Positions 62,166 through 64,000 of a DNA stretch of 64,000 bases are shown here, piece after piece. Numbering within the stretch: the first letter of the stretch is position 1; the number at the start of each line of letters is the position of its first letter. The position numbers and the translations under genes are program-made. The DNA is taken from NCBI GenBank assembly GCA_032112995.1, contig DAMCTY010000004.1:27335-91334 (forward strand), in the 5' to 3' direction. Source of the stretch: Stenotrophomonas sp. GTDB taxonomy: Bacteria; Pseudomonadota; Gammaproteobacteria; Xanthomonadales; Xanthomonadaceae. The notes below the pieces were generated by a model. The model was not told where the DNA came from, ran no database searches, and saw only the letters and a program-made list of their open reading frames with translations.

Positions 62166-62583
62166 CGGTCGCCAGACCCACCTTTTCGATCTTCGCGGCC
62201 TTGATCACGTCCATGGCGTCCATGACCTTTTCATAGGCCACGCTCTTGTCAGCAGCCACGATCACGCGCAGATCCTTGTTCTGCGAGGCCAGGGCACCCA
62301 GCTGCGCCTGCAGCGCAGCGGCGTCCATGGCCTGCGGGTCCTTGGCTTCGGGCAGCTTCAGGCTCATCTGGCCGTCGGCGCGCACCGAGACGATGATCGG
62401 GTCCTGCTTGCTCTCCAGTGCCTTGGCGGTGGAACTGGGCAGGTCTACTTCAAAACTGAGGGTCAGCAGCGGCGCGGTCACCATGAAGATGATCAGCAGC
62501 ACGAGCATCACGTCGATGTACGGCACGACGTTGATCTCGGACTTGAGCTTGCGGCGCTTGCGACGGGGTATGGCGGCGGTCAT
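62155..62583 (-). CDS. tolR: Tol-Pal system protein TolR (ExbD family)
   Basis: SEINVVPYIDVMLVLLIIFMVTAP is the ExbD/TolR signature. 142 aa. Positioned between tolQ and tolA. Confidence 0.92.
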   Translation of the reverse strand: MTAAIPRRKRRKLKSEINVVPYIDVMLVLLIIFMVTAPLLTLSFEVDLPSSTAKALESKQDPIIVSVRADGQMSLKLPEAKDPQAMDAAALQAQLGALASQNKDLRVIVAADKSVAYEKVMDAMDVIKAAKIEKVGLATDAR

Positions 62584-62621
62584 GGTTGGGCTCCTGCGGT
62601 CAGAGGAAGGCGCGGGCGCGC

Positions 62622-63404
62622 TTACTCGTCGCTACCGCTCTGCTGGCGCTGCAGGATGGAGCTGAACTCCTCGGCAAAGGTTTCATAACGCACCGACAGC
62701 CGCTCGACGCGGGTGGTGAAGCGGTTATAGGCCCACACCGCCGGGATGGCCACGAACAGACCGATGGCGGTGGCGAACAGGGCTTCGGAAATGCCCGGGG
62801 CCACCGAGGCGATACCGGCCTGCTCACCGCTGCTGATCATGTCGTGCATGGTCACCATGATGCCGAACACGGTGCCGACCAGGCCCACGTAGGGGGCGGT
62901 GGAACCGATATTGGCCAACAGTTCCAGGTTGCGCTCCAGGCCGTCGACCTCACGGGCATAGGTGGTGCGCATGGCGCGCTGCGCGCCTTCCAGCTGGGTG
63001 CGGCCGTCGAAGGCGCGGCGGCCCTGCAGGCGGGTGTATTCGCGGAAACCGGACTCGAAGATGGCTTCCAGGCCATCCACCTGGCGGTTGCGGTCGGTGG
63101 CCGAGGCGTACAGCTTGCCCAGGTCGGCACCTGACCAGAAGCGGTTTTCGAAGTCGCTGGCCTCGCGGTCGGCGGCCTTGAACACGCGCGCCTTGCGGAA
63201 AATGATCACCCAGCTGATGAAGGAACCGGCCAGCAGCAGCAGCACGATCAGCTTGACCGGGATACTGGCCTTGACCATCAGGTCCAGGTAGTTGATGCCA
63301 CCGCCGTGGCTGGCCTGTGCCACGGTCTGCGCGGCTGCGGCGCTGACATCGGCCGGCAGGGCCTCGGTCACGGTGGCCTGCAGGGCCAGAAGCAAAGCGA
63401 TCAT
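62622..63404 (-). CDS. tolQ: Tol-Pal system protein TolQ (MotA/ExbB family)
   Basis: INYLDLMVKASIPVKLIVLLLL aligns with the E. coli TolQ N-terminus as I recall it. LANIGSTAPYVGLVGTVFGIM is the MotA/TolQ/ExbB motif. The ATG at 63404 has a GAGGA Shine-Dalgarno sequence and gives a ~35-aa N-terminal extension. Confidence 0.9.
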   Translation of the reverse strand: MIALLLALQATVTEALPADVSAAAAQTVAQASHGGGINYLDLMVKASIPVKLIVLLLLAGSFISWVIIFRKARVFKAADREASDFENRFWSGADLGKLYASATDRNRQVDGLEAIFESGFREYTRLQGRRAFDGRTQLEGAQRAMRTTYAREVDGLERNLELLANIGSTAPYVGLVGTVFGIMVTMHDMISSGEQAGIASVAPGISEALFATAIGLFVAIPAVWAYNRFTTRVERLSVRYETFAEEFSSILQRQQSGSDE

Positions 63405-63424
63405 CCGATCTTCCTCAGTGTTGC

Positions 63425-63850
63425 TTAAGCGGTTTGTGTTTGAAGGGGTTTAAGCGTTGCGTACAGCGTGTCATCAATGGCCTGCGGGCGGAAATCGCGC
63501 GCACCCACGGCGGCCAGGCGTACCTGTGCGGCAGCCAGCACCTGGCCATCGCGTTCCACCGTCTGCGCCATCAGCAGGCTGGCCCGCCGGCATTGCAGCA
63601 GTTCCACCGTGGTGGTCAGCGCATCGTCCAGCTTGGCCGGCTTGATGAAATCAAGGTTCATGGAGCGGACCACGAATACCTGTCCGTCACCACAACGCAT
63701 GGATTCCTGCCCATAGCCCAGCGCGCGCATCCATTCGGTCCGGGCCCTCTCCATGAAAGCCACATAGCGGGCGTGGTAGACCACGCCGCCAGCGTCGGTA
63801 TCTTCCCAGTAAATGCGTGTCGGCCAACTGAACCGGGCCTCAATCGTCAT
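63425..63850 (-). CDS. ybgC: Tol-Pal-associated acyl-CoA thioesterase YbgC (hotdog fold)
   Basis: Track ORF trimmed to the ATG at 63850. [32 protein letters not shown] is the 4HBT/YbgC signature. The start overlaps the ruvB end (ATGACGATTGA). Confidence 0.9.
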   Translation of the reverse strand: MTIEARFSWPTRIYWEDTDAGGVVYHARYVAFMERARTEWMRALGYGQESMRCGDGQVFVVRSMNLDFIKPAKLDDALTTTVELLQCRRASLLMAQTVERDGQVLAAAQVRLAAVGARDFRPQAIDDTLYATLKPLQTQTA

Positions 63851-64000
63851 CGCGCTGCTCCGCAAACAGATCGGCCGCGGCCGGGGCGGCCTTGGGCTTG
63901 AGCCCCAGGTGGCGGTAGGCCTTGCTGGTGGCCATGCGGCCACGCGCGGTACGCACCAGGAAGCCCTGCTGGATCAGGAAGGGCTCGACCACGTCTTCCA
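63840..64000 (-). CDS. ruvB: Holliday-junction helicase RuvB, 3' end only (5' part beyond the window)
   Basis: Not in the ORF track. My translation of the reverse complement of 63840-63998 gives [52 protein letters not shown], matching the conserved RuvB C-terminus (EPYLIQQGF..RTPRGR). Confidence 0.85.
   Translation of the reverse strand, partial: EDVVEPFLIQQGFLVRTARGRMATSKAYRHLGLKPKAAPAAADLFAEQRDDD

Noticed and set aside
63299-63404. The ~35-aa N-terminal extension of TolQ relative to E. coli, as a possible mis-start.
   Set aside because: The ATG at 63404 has a good GAGGA Shine-Dalgarno sequence 21 nt after the ybgC stop. The only internal alternative (GTG at 63323) lacks one. It is probably a genuine lineage-specific extension and not noteworthy without comparison.

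Overview
This is a high-GC chromosomal segment. My spot counts were 39/60 and 40/60 G+C on typical 60-nt lines. Gene content and GTAG/CTAC-ended palindromic REP units (SMAG-like) point to Xanthomonadaceae/Lysobacteraceae, possibly Stenotrophomonas-like; that assignment is inference only. Many 'M' starts in the ORF track are actually GTG or TTG, and I re-trimmed several N-termini. Housekeeping genes at the left end are gshB (5' cut), a TonB-like protein, an ADP-ribosylglycohydrolase, tsaB, a yoaA/dinG-type helicase, a TPR lipoprotein, mrcB and a fused GT2-GT4 glycosyltransferase. Next comes a stop/start-overlapped operon, benE-like transporter, yggS, GATase, pdxY, glyA, divergent from a MocR-type regulator. 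It is followed by relA, a TPR membrane protein, two small secreted proteins, hrpA, dps, a 4-unit REP array and recQ. At the right end, on the minus strand, lie ruvB (3' end), ybgC, tolQ, tolR, tolA, tolB, pal, cpoB, queE, queC and tRNA-Lys(UUU). The standout is a ~27-kb co-oriented block between recQ and tRNA-Lys. It contains an ECF sigma, a membrane Ser/Thr kinase with a long TPR region, a SapC-family protein, a 6,937-codon (20.8 kb) two-partner-secretion exoprotein and its ShlB/FhaC-type transporter. The giant gene carries a 4,446-bp mosaic of near-identical cassettes whose lengths are exact multiples of 57 nt (19 aa), a lower-GC aromatic-rich core and a unique C-terminal domain with no toxin/immunity signature. 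A near-consensus CRP/Clp-type box sits upstream of SapC. I saw no CRISPR array, integrase, transposase or rRNA.
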